A stretch of DNA of 64,000 nucleotides from an uncultured delta proteobacterium (lineage in GTDB: Bacteria > Desulfobacterota > Binatia > UBA9968). Within the stretch, counting starts at the first letter, position 1. Each line of letters opens with the position of its first letter. The position numbers and the translations under genes were made by a program. Of the stretch, positions 1 through 10,504 are shown one piece after another. The stretch spans positions 512,001-576,000 of the forward strand of contig CAVUVW010000013.1 in assembly GCA_963745035.1 (NCBI GenBank), in the 5' to 3' direction. The notes beneath the pieces were generated by a model, which had not been told where the DNA came from, ran no database searches, and was given only the letters and a program-made list of their open reading frames with translations.

Positions 1-132
1 CCAAGTTGCGACTCAATGAGTGAGACAAAATAAAAGAAGCGGAAGCGGCCGGCGGGTAAAGAACATCCTTGGGCATGTTTTACACGCCCAAGGATGGATG
101 GGACGCGACCTGATGAATACTGCTAGAAGCGC

Positions 133-1092
133 CTACGCTGCTGAACGCGACCGCGCCGCCTCGACCAGCGGGCGATATTTTTCATTGAGCTTCATCCAGT
201 GCTCAGCGCGTCCTTTCGCTTCGGCGAGCTTGGCTTCGGGGAAGGTAACAAAAGGTACGCGTGTGGGACCTACTTTGCAGTAATCGGCGAATTCCTGGGG
301 ACGCTTGTTGCCCGAGCCGGGAACCGGCTTGCCGGCGCCGATGCCGCCGAGATCCGCGATCACCTGGATAGCTTTTTGATTGTCACCCTGGCGTACTTGC
401 TCCAACAGATAAAGAATCGGCCACGGACCCATCCAGACTTCCGTTGACCAGCAACCCGCGGCGCCCATTTCATAGTAAGGATACAACTGCGTCTGGTTGA
501 CAAAAACACTGATTTTTCCGCGCACGATCTTTTGTAAATTCATGAATGCCTGCGTTGTGCGGTGACTGTCTTTCATGCCGATGATGTTGGGTTTCTTCAC
601 CAATTCGGTAAAAGCCGCGACCGGAATCGTGAACTTGTGATTGTCCGGGTTGTGATAGACCACGATATTCAGGTTGGAATAGAGGTCCGCTATGTCATGA
701 TAGAATTTGATCGCGTCTTGCACGTGCAGGGTTTCATAGTACGGCACGCCGAGTAACACGCCGTCTGCGCCAAGGTCCTTAACGAAATTCATCTTCTGAA
801 TCACTTCACGCGGATTGGGACTGGTAACGCCGATAAACAGGGGAACTCGTTTCTTAACCGCGTCGACGGTGGCGACCGCCAGGGTTTTGAACTCGTCAAA
901 AAGGAGGCTATAGCATTCGCCGTAGGTCCCGGTGGTGGCGATGTTGTGAAGTCCGTCCTTGATAATTTTGTCGACGCCATCTTTAAGATTATCGACCGCA
1001 ATGGTCTGCGTGGCTTTGATATCGGCAGCGTCGGGAGTGGCAAAGGCCGGCATCATTCCTAAAACCCCTTTCAGCTCGTTGGCTGTAATCAT
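133..1092 (-). CDS. DHDPS/NAL-family aldolase, NahE-like (hydroxybenzylidenepyruvate hydratase-aldolase type)
   Basis: 319 aa; GTYGEC motif, Schiff-base GMKDS, YHNP; N-terminus resembles the NahE subgroup; GGAGG RBS upstream. Confidence 0.8.
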   Translation of the reverse strand: MITANELKGVLGMMPAFATPDAADIKATQTIAVDNLKDGVDKIIKDGLHNIATTGTYGECYSLLFDEFKTLAVATVDAVKKRVPLFIGVTSPNPREVIQKMNFVKDLGADGVLLGVPYYETLHVQDAIKFYHDIADLYSNLNIVVYHNPDNHKFTIPVAAFTELVKKPNIIGMKDSHRTTQAFMNLQKIVRGKISVFVNQTQLYPYYEMGAAGCWSTEVWMGPWPILYLLEQVRQGDNQKAIQVIADLGGIGAGKPVPGSGNKRPQEFADYCKVGPTRVPFVTFPEAKLAEAKGRAEHWMKLNEKYRPLVEAARSRSAA

Positions 1093-1637
1093 CGTCTTCC
1101 TCCGTGTCGGTATTTAGTTGGCGATTTTGGCGCGTTTCAACGTGCGATCATTCACTATTGCCTTGTTAACAGGTCATCGAAGGGGTTGTCAATTAGTCAA
1201 TCGGCAGCGGAGATTCCTACGTTTTAAGTAGGCTTTGGGAGACAATCCTTCACCCATGTGCCTTGCTTGGAGCCTCGCCGGTGCTATCGTCGCCGGGTCA
1301 CCAATGATATCTGCGGAGATCACGGGCCGAGAACTTTAGTCGCAATCCGATATAAAACTGCAGTGCAGCCTACTTTTAGGCACGCAAGTCGACTCGTCGT
1401 TGCGACTCCTGTTTTACCAGAAAAAGAGAACCTTACAGCCGGTCAGAACCCACGCGCGTAAATGAGGTGTCAGTTGTCATGAGTTTGTCAGATTTGACTT
1501 AAGTACGTCTCTGTTGTTGTGTATGCTTACCCGAAAAGTTCAAGAATAGGCAATTTTTACATTAGGTATAGAAATTGCCTCTGTAGCGCCCTTGAGGGGC
1601 TTGAGGTCGCATACGGCGGCATATTGGGAGAAGGGAG

Positions 1638-2276
1638 ATGAGTATTTTAAAACTCGTCGTTAATTCCATCGGCTACGTTTTTAGAGCCGACATCGCCGAG
1701 GGTCGACGGCGCATTCAGAGCCTGAAAACGCAAATCGAAACACTGAACGAACAGTTACGTTCTGCAGAAGCGATGAGCATTGCCGTCGGTATCGAGCTAA
1801 ACGACCCAGGTCCATTTCGGATGCCGTTGCTAACCCAGCTAAAGTCACTCATCACGGAAACGGACGATGGGGTCGTTGCCGAATTTGAATCGCACGATGG
1901 AAAGGCAATCTTTGTTACCCTTCAACCTTTAATTGCAGCACAGGTCGTAAACGATTATCTGTCGGCCGCTACGAACGCAGCACTCCATCCATCGACAGCC
2001 ATCGAATTTCCGAGTTTTGCCGGGGTCTTCCGACTGCCGATCTTCTCTTGCTACGGCGGTCATTTTAATGCCGGCCCCGATATACGGGTTTTAATCTTTT
2101 CATCCGAAGACGATCGGAGGGTGTTTCTGCCAGTTTCGGTTGAGACATATGAAAAAATGATTCGTCAGTTTGAAGCGGCTCTGGCGATCAACCCGGAGAC
2201 AGAGAGTGAAACTGAAATCTCTGTAGTACTCGCCCTGCCAAATCCGGTACGTGATCCCGATCCGGTAACAAGCTAA
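1638..2276 (+). CDS. hypothetical protein
   Basis: 212-aa ORF with AGGGAG RBS; no recognisable motif. Confidence 0.5.
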   Translation: MSILKLVVNSIGYVFRADIAEGRRRIQSLKTQIETLNEQLRSAEAMSIAVGIELNDPGPFRMPLLTQLKSLITETDDGVVAEFESHDGKAIFVTLQPLIAAQVVNDYLSAATNAALHPSTAIEFPSFAGVFRLPIFSCYGGHFNAGPDIRVLIFSSEDDRRVFLPVSVETYEKMIRQFEAALAINPETESETEISVVLALPNPVRDPDPVTS

Positions 2277-2485
2277 CGTGTGAGTATAGCCCAGCCACTC
2301 AGTTTTTTCTATTTTTTCCTCGGCTATGCAGTCGCGTGTGAAAGCTGCGGGAAGCTCAAGTTCCAACCAACCCAATCCGCAGTTTGTATACCGATCCTGC
2401 CATGATCGGCTAATCATTTGAACAGCTCTTTTCAGGTAACCGCTGTTGATATACCTTATATCGCCAGAGAGGTTGAGCTGCCCAG

Positions 2486-2998
2486 ATGCCAGAGCCGCTC
2501 TCAAACGCGCAGTCTCTTAGGATCATCGGTCAGAATCTAGAAGCAAATTCTATCGACTCGTTCGAATTGGCAAAGTGGGGCGACGACTATGTCGTATGGC
2601 TGGAGGTCACAGACGCCAGGATAAGACCTTTAGGAGAGGAAGGATTTTTTTCCAGAGTCACCCACAGAATTTTGCGACGCCACGACTCGACTGTCGACCT
2701 CCCGCCGCGTCAGCGCCTATACTTCACATCCTCAGAGATCGTTTCCGCGGATACTGAGCGGCGGTTGGGCCGGCAGTCGTCGGTTGGCCCGGCCGATCAG
2801 CTAGGCATTTCCTTTGTCTTGCGTGTGCTGGGTGACTATTTGGATCGAAAACGAGTCAACCAATTTACTATTTCAAGGTCCAAAAACTCGATCGTGATAG
2901 ACTACAATCAGAAACAGGAAAATTTCACATCACAAAATGTGTACGACCTTGCAATAGCAATGTACCTGAGAAGAGCTGCCCGCAATCATCGAAAGTAA
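2486..2998 (+). CDS. hypothetical protein with weak internal two-fold repeat
   Basis: 170 aa; LRIIGQNLE and LRVLGDYLD segments resemble each other. Confidence 0.6.
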   Translation: MPEPLSNAQSLRIIGQNLEANSIDSFELAKWGDDYVVWLEVTDARIRPLGEEGFFSRVTHRILRRHDSTVDLPPRQRLYFTSSEIVSADTERRLGRQSSVGPADQLGISFVLRVLGDYLDRKRVNQFTISRSKNSIVIDYNQKQENFTSQNVYDLAIAMYLRRAARNHRK

Positions 2999-3061
2999 TT
3001 GCCTAAAGCTTCCCCTTTGCTTTCCGGCGGGCTGCGTTCCGCTCGGCTCATTGTCTGCCGA

Positions 3062-3787
3062 CTAAACCCCCAGGACCAGTCTGACGGGATTGATCTTTTC
3101 GTTAATTCCGAAGGTAAGTGGCTTTTTCACCAGATCCGGATTGTAGTACGTGCCAAACAGTCTGTCCCAGATAGTCAACAGCGAGGCCATATTGGAGCGG
3201 TAATGCTGCGGGTCATCGCTGTGATGGATTTGGTGATAGCGCGGAGTGACGACGAACCACTCCAGCCAGCTCAATTTCCACGCGACATTCATATGCATCC
3301 AGTTATTACGGAACGTGTGCTCCGCCAGGATAAGTTGAAAGATCCAGATGGGCGCCCCTCGCAGTAGCGGCCGCGCGAGAATAAATGTCAAATTGAATAA
3401 GATGATGTGCGGAATCGCCGTCCGGACTCCCGCGAGCCAGTACATGTATTTCGGGTAATGGTGCCATTTGTGTGTGCGCCAGAAATAATTTGTATGCATC
3501 AAGCGGTGCACCCAGTAAAGGCCAAAGTCCTCGACAATAAAAAAGAGCACGAGTTTGAGTGCCAGTGGCGTTCCCACCAGTGCTGTCGGCACATAATTGG
3601 GCACGGGAATCCGATCGGTAAATACCACCACCACAGCGAAAAGAACGTTATACACCCCAAGCGCTGTCAGATCTCTCAACAAGACCGTCCGGTAAGCGAT
3701 TTTGCGGCCGGGAAACAGCCACTCGGCGGCAAAGGCTAAAAAGCCGAGCAGCCAAAAAACTGCAAAGGAGTAAAGAATTTGGTTCAT
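3062..3787 (-). CDS. sterol desaturase / fatty acid hydroxylase family membrane protein
   Basis: His boxes HRLMH, HKWHH, HQIHH; WDRLFGT; hydrophobic segments. Confidence 0.9.
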   Translation of the reverse strand: MNQILYSFAVFWLLGFLAFAAEWLFPGRKIAYRTVLLRDLTALGVYNVLFAVVVVFTDRIPVPNYVPTALVGTPLALKLVLFFIVEDFGLYWVHRLMHTNYFWRTHKWHHYPKYMYWLAGVRTAIPHIILFNLTFILARPLLRGAPIWIFQLILAEHTFRNNWMHMNVAWKLSWLEWFVVTPRYHQIHHSDDPQHYRSNMASLLTIWDRLFGTYYNPDLVKKPLTFGINEKINPVRLVLGV

Positions 3788-4076
3788 CGATCACGGTCTC
3801 GGGATTGCCTATTAACGGTCAGGCCATGTAGCCCGGCTTGCTTGCGCTGCAGAGCAGCCGATGGTTCGACATCGGTGTTGATTAAATAGGGCACGACGAC
3901 AATCGTCCTGATCAAAAACGAGCGCAATCTACTCCGGGTACTGGAAGTTGTCAAATTACCCGGCGGCGACCGCGTCTAGCGCGCGCGAGGCCACGTCGTT
4001 AATCCCGGCCGAGTTGGCGTGGAAAGACATGGAACGATTGAAGTGAAGACAGCACCCGGCTCATTATTGAAAAAAA

Positions 4077-4121
4077 TGGAGCCACCCGGCGGATTCAAAC
4101 CGCCGACCTACTGATTACGAA
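4077..4121 (-). repeat. 3' half of tRNA-Thr(CGT), att-like direct repeat, copy A
   Basis: Minus strand TTCGTAATCAGTAGGTCGGCGGTTTGAATCCGCCGGGTGGCTCCA gives anticodon loop, T arm, acceptor 3' strand and CCA; 5' half absent. Confidence 0.85.
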
Positions 4122-4559
4122 AAACACTCAGCCGACCGACAACATCACTCAATCTGAGAAACCTCAAAGAAAACAAGGCTCGTAGCTCCTCACCGCGCCC
4201 GTTCTTATGGTTCAGTGTAGTTCGCATGGAAACATCATGGAAACAAGTCGATGCCAGCTTTCTCAAATGAGCGCCCCGAGAGACTGAACTCGCGATGGTT
4301 CGTGTTCTGACGGCTCAAGGACTGTCATTGTCTCGTCCCGCTCTATAAACAACTGGAAACCCCAGCATTCGTCGCGCAGCAATGGGAAACTGTTTCATCA
4401 CCAAATGCTTGTATGTGCAGGGTAGTGCGATTACCGTAATTGCCTCATCGACCTGCACACGCAAGTTGCTTGGAACGAATCATACGACCTCGTTCGCCGC
4501 TGTGGAGCTTTACCGGCTGCTAAGGTATCGCGACTCGACTCAGGGAATTGGTCCAGTTC

Positions 4560-4760
4560 GCGTTTGGATCTGCGCGTCTGCGTCGGTGGGCACAATCGTA
4601 TCTTGACCGTTTACAGAGAACGCATTGCGCGGGTAGTGCATGATTGAGCCATAGTCATACTTGCCCACATCATCGCCATCTGTGATGTGTTGACGAAAGT
4701 TATACTCTTCCCCGAGGAATGATGTTTTCCTTTATGATTGTTACGAAAGCGTCCCCCGGT
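4560..4760 (-). pseudogene. astacin (M12A) metallopeptidase C-terminal fragment
   Basis: Manual translation DAFVTIIKENIIP/GEEYNFRQHITDGDDVGKYDYGSIMHYPRNAFSVNGQDTIVP contains the SIMHY Met-turn; frameshifted, HExxH part missing; ends approximate. Confidence 0.75.
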
Positions 4761-4989
4761 CTAATCGTCCTTTGCCAATAGACAACGCGCTAACGCGGAA
4801 GAGGACCGGAATGACGTCGCGCTCCTCCGGTGAGAGCCCTTCGAGAAATGATTGGAATTGCTCCAGTTTGTCGTCCTTGGCCCTGGCCATGGTATCCTCC
4901 GAGGCGGTTTCAGGAGGCGAAGTCCGCCTTCATAAATCAGTTAATCTAGCGGCAAGTTTTCAGTTTTCACAATGTGTTCTTATGCTGGT

Positions 4990-6307
4990 TCATTTGTCCC
5001 TGAGATAGTTCACTTTGCCCATCAGTTTCTCTGTCTCGGGTAAGTCTTCTTGCGGTTCCTCGACCTGTCGCAACAATTCGGCGTTTCCTTTCCAAAGAGT
5101 GCTATTCTCTGGGGGTTGACCGTACAGGTCTGGGTGCAAGTGGTAGCCGCGCTCATTCGAAGGCTTATCCTCTTCTACTGCTAAGGGGTTTCTTTTTGCC
5201 CGAGCGTCCCGACGAATACCGGTCACTTGCCAGGAGACCTTCATCCTGCCGTGCCGCCTGCAATCTTGAAGCGACTGTTTGAAATCTCTTGAGAGACGTG
5301 GAGGTTGGGGCAGGCCCTCCAATCGAGGTAAGCTGGTGCCGGAAGTCGCTTTGAGCGCTTCCACCCAACTTGGAACTTCCACGGTACGCTCACCGTTGTC
5401 GTCAGAGCTACAAATCCGTCATAGACATTCTTCATCTCGGAGGATTCGACGAACGAATGGGAAAGATACTTGTTTGATGGATCGAGCGGGTGATCGATCT
5501 TAAAGCCCCCGCCGGCCTTGAATATGGCCCCGGTGACGGAAACACTTCCTTCAAAATATCCAGCAAACCGATCGTCCGCGCTGGCGTGAAGGGCGATTAC
5601 CTCTGCCCCGCTACCCTCCGGCCCCTGCTCGCCCTTGCAACTATCCCGGCATTAAAAGAACTACTGTTACGCGCGAAACTACGCACGCCAACGTTAATCG
5701 TTGGCCCAGCGTGAGTGGCGGCGGCAATGCCTTCTGCACCAACACTCAGAAAATCGCTACCGCTAAAGCCCTCTCCACGCACGCCCGCACCCATTCCAGT
5801 CGTCCTACCAAGCACCCCGAAACGGTGCCTCGTGATATCGGGCGTGACGGCCACCCCAAACACACCCACCACGCCGGTCCCAAATACGCCGGCGCTGGTG
5901 TTGCCTTGACCAAGCACACCGATGGGAAAAACGCCGCCTTCTCCCCAGGCCGCCCTATGACGCCCCTGCCCGCTTTTGCTTGTATCAATCACTCCATCGC
6001 CGTTTTCGCTGTTTCCAACGACGCCCACGCCATCTACACTCCCAGCATTGATACCGTTTCCCGTCCCGCTCTGCGCACGAACGCCATTGGAGCTCACGCT
6101 GGTTGCGGTGAGCCCGGATCCTGAGGTGCTAGTCGCGACCGCGCCGGGACCGTCTATGCTCTCAGCTTGGACGCCAATACCGAATCCTGCAGGAGCGTGC
6201 GCACGGATGGCCGTCCCGTCGGCTCCCTGGTTTGTGATGGACAATGCAGCTTGCTCTGGTGCCGACACCGAACTCTCGCATGGAATAGGAAGTCCACATT
6301 CCGCCAT
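4990..6307 (-). pseudogene. Gly-rich repeat (beta-helix/fibre-like) surface protein, multiply frameshifted
   Basis: GVxG/GVxA repeats followed by FKIDHPLDPSNKYLSHSFVESSEMKNVYDG and VSWQVTGIRRD...GYHLHPDLYG, spread over several frames. Confidence 0.7.
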
Positions 6308-6532
6308 AACGTTTTCCCCTGGTCTGAGATTGATCGGTAGTTGAGTTCTTGACGCGAGCTGATGTATAAGGGAATCCGCTAAGAACGGGAGGCCGTTACA
6401 ATCAGTTAAGAAGACCGAAAGCCGGTGGAAAATCGTGGAGAAGTGCCCCGACAAATCCACGGCTTCTCTCGATTTGAAAGCCAAGCGCCGGTAAGTTTCA
6501 CAGATTATTTCGGAGCGCAGACACAACGCAAT

Positions 6533-8113
6533 ATGTCGCCTGATTGTCATCTAAGTTTTGTCGTCACTACGCGCAATGACAACCATGGGGGCGACATGCT
6601 TCGCCGCTTTCAAATCTTCGCCGAGACCCTCTTGCAACAAGCCAATAGGCACTCGCTGAAGGGAGAACTCATTGTGGTCGAATGGAATCCGCCAACGGGA
6701 CCACGACTTCATGAGGTTCTAAAGCTTCGGGTCAAGTCGGACTGTTTTGCTATCAGATTCATAGAAGTCCCTCCGGAAGTGCATCGAGCGATCCGCAACG
6801 CGGATGTGATTCCGCTCTTTCAGATGATCGGAAAAAATGTGGGCATCCGCCGTGCGCGGGGAGAATTTGTTCTGGCTACCAACCCCGATCTCCTGTTTTC
6901 CGACAGTGTCATTGCATTTATGGCTTCCGATAAGCTCTTACCCGATGTGATGTATCGTATTGACCGGCATGACGTTCCCGCCGAAGTTCCCGACAACGTG
7001 TCAGTAGACCGACAGCTTGCCTGGTGCGCCGCCAACGTGCTGAGAATCCATGGTCGGCGTGGGAGTTTCCCCCCTCCGCGTCACCTGCTTTCGAGATTTC
7101 GGGCACGGATTAGAAAGCTGCCGAAGAAAGTTAACGAGCGTGTATCCCTGTGGGGCCGCGCCTTTCGGTACCGCCTCTCGTCTTTGAGATGGGTGAGCCT
7201 CAGAGAGCGGGCTTCAGCCTTGGTATCGCTTTGGTATCAGCTTTGGTATCTAAGGCTGGTAAAATTAAAACTAGGCGCGTCAGCCTCTTTGTCCCTTTGG
7301 TATCACCTCTGGTATCTGAGGATCGCGAAACTAAAAAAATTATTGGGGCAGCTGCCCACTATACTCCATGACCCTAGGCGGGTACTTTGGATTGTACGTC
7401 AGAGTGGGCCCACTCTGCTCAAGAAGCTACTGACCGAGCTCCCTGCGAAGCTTTTCGGCTTGGTTCGACATTGGCTGTGGGGACTTACTTACCCCTTGCG
7501 CTACCTTGCAAACCTGATCTCGACGCCTATCAAAAGGTTAGTGGCTCGATTTCATCCTTTTCTTATTCTTTACAGTCCGAGACTCTTAATCCGACGCGTG
7601 CTCTGGGGAGCTTTGCGACTTACTGATCCTTTACCGAAGGTTCATACCAATGGCTGTGGAGACTTCACATTGATGTCGAGAACCCAATGGTCAGAACTCC
7701 GCGGCTACCCTGAGCTGCCGCTATGGTCAATGCATATCGACTCTCTTCTCTGTTATATGGCGGTCGCCTCCAGGATCCAAGAATATACGTTACGTTCCCC
7801 GGCCAGGATCTATCATATGGAACACTACAATTCTTGGGCGGTGATGACTCCCGATGAGAAACTGAGAACGTTCACGAAGAAACCCTGGATCGACTTCGGT
7901 TTGCTTTCTGACCTCTGGGAAAATATGTACAGGACCACCCGGCCAATCCAATTCAACAGAGAGGACTGGGGGCTTGCTGACTGGGTCCTGGATGAGGTGA
8001 TTATCCAGTCCGGTGAGAAGCAATACCTTAAACAAAGCCCTGCGGTTACATCTAAGGGAGAACTCACATGGGATTCAATGGATCATCATCTATCGAGGCT
8101 ATCTCTGTCTTAG
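6533..8113 (+). CDS. GT-A-like putative glycosyltransferase with a large basic/hydrophobic insertion
   Basis: SFVVTTRNDNHGG, IVVEWNPP, KNVGIRRARGEFVLATNPD; start placed at ATG 6533. Confidence 0.7.
   Translation: MSPDCHLSFVVTTRNDNHGGDMLRRFQIFAETLLQQANRHSLKGELIVVEWNPPTGPRLHEVLKLRVKSDCFAIRFIEVPPEVHRAIRNADVIPLFQMIGKNVGIRRARGEFVLATNPDLLFSDSVIAFMASDKLLPDVMYRIDRHDVPAEVPDNVSVDRQLAWCAANVLRIHGRRGSFPPPRHLLSRFRARIRKLPKKVNERVSLWGRAFRYRLSSLRWVSLRERASALVSLWYQLWYLRLVKLKLGASASLSLWYHLWYLRIAKLKKLLGQLPTILHDPRRVLWIVRQSGPTLLKKLLTELPAKLFGLVRHWLWGLTYPLRYLANLISTPIKRLVARFHPFLILYSPRLLIRRVLWGALRLTDPLPKVHTNGCGDFTLMSRTQWSELRGYPELPLWSMHIDSLLCYMAVASRIQEYTLRSPARIYHMEHYNSWAVMTPDEKLRTFTKKPWIDFGLLSDLWENMYRTTRPIQFNREDWGLADWVLDEVIIQSGEKQYLKQSPAVTSKGELTWDSMDHHLSRLSLS
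7211..7342 (+). repeat. imperfect 66-bp intragenic tandem duplication
   Basis: Encodes ASALVSLWYQLWYLRLVKLKLG and ASASLSLWYHLWYLRIAKLKKL; nested TGGTATC repeats. Confidence 0.8.
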
Positions 8114-9477
8114 GTATAGGCAAGCTCGGCGCCGTCGTAGCGGGTTGCCTTGCCAGCCGGGGGTTTCTTGTGATCGGTGTCGATGTCAACCGGCACTCTG
8201 TCGATAGCTTTAACCGCGGCGTGCCGCCGATCCAAGAACCGGGAGTCGAGGATCTCTACCGTTCATGCCAAGGACTCCTCACAGCAACAACGGACACGGC
8301 CTCGGCCGTAGAAAGGTCGGAGGCCACGCTTATCTGCGTTCCTACACCGAGCGATGCCGACGGTGGCTACTCCCTCCGTTACGTCCTCGAAGCGTGTAAG
8401 GCCGTTGGGGATGCGCTTCGAAACAAAAACGCTTACCACCTTGTGGTGCTGAAGAGCACCGTGCTGCCCGGTTCCTGCGACCGCGATATTATTCCGACAC
8501 TGGAAGCCCGGAGCGGAAAGCGATGCGGGAGTGATTTCGGTTTTTGCTATAACCCGGAATTCATTGCTCTTGGAAGTGTCATCCATAACATCTTTAATCC
8601 TGATCTTGTCCTGATCGGTGAATCCAATCAGACAGCTGGGGATTGGCTGGTGCAGATTTTTGCGCGCCTGCTCAGCACCAAACGACAGACGGCTCGCATG
8701 AACCTTGTGAATGCAGAGTTGGCCAAACTGGCAGTCAACTCCTATGTGACCATGAAAATTACCTTTGCCAATCTTTTGGCCCGCCTCTGTGAACAGCTCC
8801 GGGGAGGCGATGTGGATATCGTAACCGGAGCCTTGGGTTTGGATAGCCGCATCGGCGCCAAGTATCTCAAGGGAGGCCTTGGGTATGGTGGTCCATGCTT
8901 TCCTAGAGACAACGAGGCGATGCTATGTCTGGCCGACCGGCTCGGCGTCTCGTTTCCCCTCGCCATGGCGACTGACCAAGCCAACCGCGAAATTGCTGGA
9001 CACGTCGCGGACGTCGTTGCTTCAAAGGTGCCAATAGGCTCGCGCGTGGGGATCTTGGGTTTGAGCTATAAGGCTAACACGCCAGTAATCGAGGAGTCCC
9101 AGGGCGTTCTCATCACGAAAATTCTGCTGGAGCGCGGCTTCGAGATCGTAGCGTATGACCCGGTCGCCATAGAGCCGGCACGCAAGGTATTCGGAAAAAA
9201 CATCGAATATGCCGCATCAGCGCAGACTTGTATCCTGGAGGCCGACGCAGTTTTGATCACCACGCCGTGGGATGAGTTCAAGCACATCAAGTATTCATGT
9301 TTAAATGGCTCCAAGGACCCGATTGTGATCGACTGCTGGGGAATGCTAGACGGAGAAGTACCTGAATCGCCGCGCGTGATTCGATTGGGCAAAAGCCAAT
9401 TCATCGAGCCTGACATCAGAAATTCTGGCGAGAATCATTACCCAAAGGAGACTCCAATACGTGAATTGGAAAGGTAA
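8068..9477 (+). CDS. UDP-glucose/GDP-mannose dehydrogenase family protein
   Basis: GIGKLG Rossmann motif, CVPTP, KSTVLPG, YNPEF, GYGGPCFPRD, GLSYK. Confidence 0.95.
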   Translation: MGFNGSSSIEAISVLGIGKLGAVVAGCLASRGFLVIGVDVNRHSVDSFNRGVPPIQEPGVEDLYRSCQGLLTATTDTASAVERSEATLICVPTPSDADGGYSLRYVLEACKAVGDALRNKNAYHLVVLKSTVLPGSCDRDIIPTLEARSGKRCGSDFGFCYNPEFIALGSVIHNIFNPDLVLIGESNQTAGDWLVQIFARLLSTKRQTARMNLVNAELAKLAVNSYVTMKITFANLLARLCEQLRGGDVDIVTGALGLDSRIGAKYLKGGLGYGGPCFPRDNEAMLCLADRLGVSFPLAMATDQANREIAGHVADVVASKVPIGSRVGILGLSYKANTPVIEESQGVLITKILLERGFEIVAYDPVAIEPARKVFGKNIEYAASAQTCILEADAVLITTPWDEFKHIKYSCLNGSKDPIVIDCWGMLDGEVPESPRVIRLGKSQFIEPDIRNSGENHYPKETPIRELER

Positions 9478-10477
9478 ACACGTTCTCGTCACCGGCGGGG
9501 CTTCATTCATTGGCTCCAGCCTCGTCGATGCGCTCGTGTCACGAGGAGCCATTGTTCGCGTGGTCGATGACCTAAGCACGGGGAGGTATGAATATATCTC
9601 CCGGCTGGTGGAGTCGGGCAGCGTGGAATTCATCAAGGGCGACCTCCTAGACGCAGAAATCGCGACGCGCTCGGTCAAAGGTATTGAATATTTGTTTCAT
9701 CTGGCCGCTATCCACGGCGGCCGCGGCTATGTCGACCTGCACAATGTCGAGTGTTCGATGAATCTCATTCTGGACGGTCAACTTTTCCGCGAGGCTGTGA
9801 AGGCGCATGTCGAAAAAATCATTTTTGCGTCTTCTGGATGTGTTTACCCAAATCACCTTCAGAGCGACCCTGCAAAGGAGGTTTATTTAACGGAAGACCT
9901 TGTCGGCCCGCCCTACGACGCTGACAACATGTATGGCTGGGCGAAGCTCATGGGCGAGCTGACCCTCCGGCACTTCGTCAAACAAGGTCTACTCAAGGCA
10001 GCATCGTGTCGCTACTTTACCGTTTACGGTCCGCGGGGAAAGGAAGACCACGCCGTCATCGCTATGATCGCTCGCGCCTTCATCCAGCAGAACCCGTTTG
10101 AGGTATGGGGAACCGGGGAACAGATCCGCAATTGGACCTACATCGATGACATTGTTGAGGGAACGATGTTAGCCGCCGAGGGCATTGACGACGGAACGGC
10201 GGTAAATCTAGGGACGATGGAGCGTATTCGCGTCGCTGATGCCGCTGCAATGATTCTCCGCCGCATGGGGGTGGAAGTGCCGCTTAAATTCTTGCCGCAT
10301 ATGCCCACGGGTCCTTACAACCGGGTCGCGGCCAATCGCTTGGCCAAAGAGCTCATTGGCTGGGAACCCCGAATTCCGTTTCGCGAAGGCATCGTGAAAA
10401 CAATCGATTGGTATGTGAATAACCGAAATCCCGATGAAGTGCGCAGCCAATTGCAATCCATGCTCACCGAGCGTTAA
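9461..10477 (+). CDS. NAD-dependent nucleotide-sugar epimerase/dehydratase (GDP-mannose epimerase-like)
   Basis: TGGASFIGS, HLAA, YGWAK catalytic YxxxK, VYGP. Confidence 0.9.
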   Translation: MNWKGKHVLVTGGASFIGSSLVDALVSRGAIVRVVDDLSTGRYEYISRLVESGSVEFIKGDLLDAEIATRSVKGIEYLFHLAAIHGGRGYVDLHNVECSMNLILDGQLFREAVKAHVEKIIFASSGCVYPNHLQSDPAKEVYLTEDLVGPPYDADNMYGWAKLMGELTLRHFVKQGLLKAASCRYFTVYGPRGKEDHAVIAMIARAFIQQNPFEVWGTGEQIRNWTYIDDIVEGTMLAAEGIDDGTAVNLGTMERIRVADAAAMILRRMGVEVPLKFLPHMPTGPYNRVAANRLAKELIGWEPRIPFREGIVKTIDWYVNNRNPDEVRSQLQSMLTER

Positions 10478-10504
10478 ATCACTTTCTCGCCAAACGGGCG
10501 CAAG

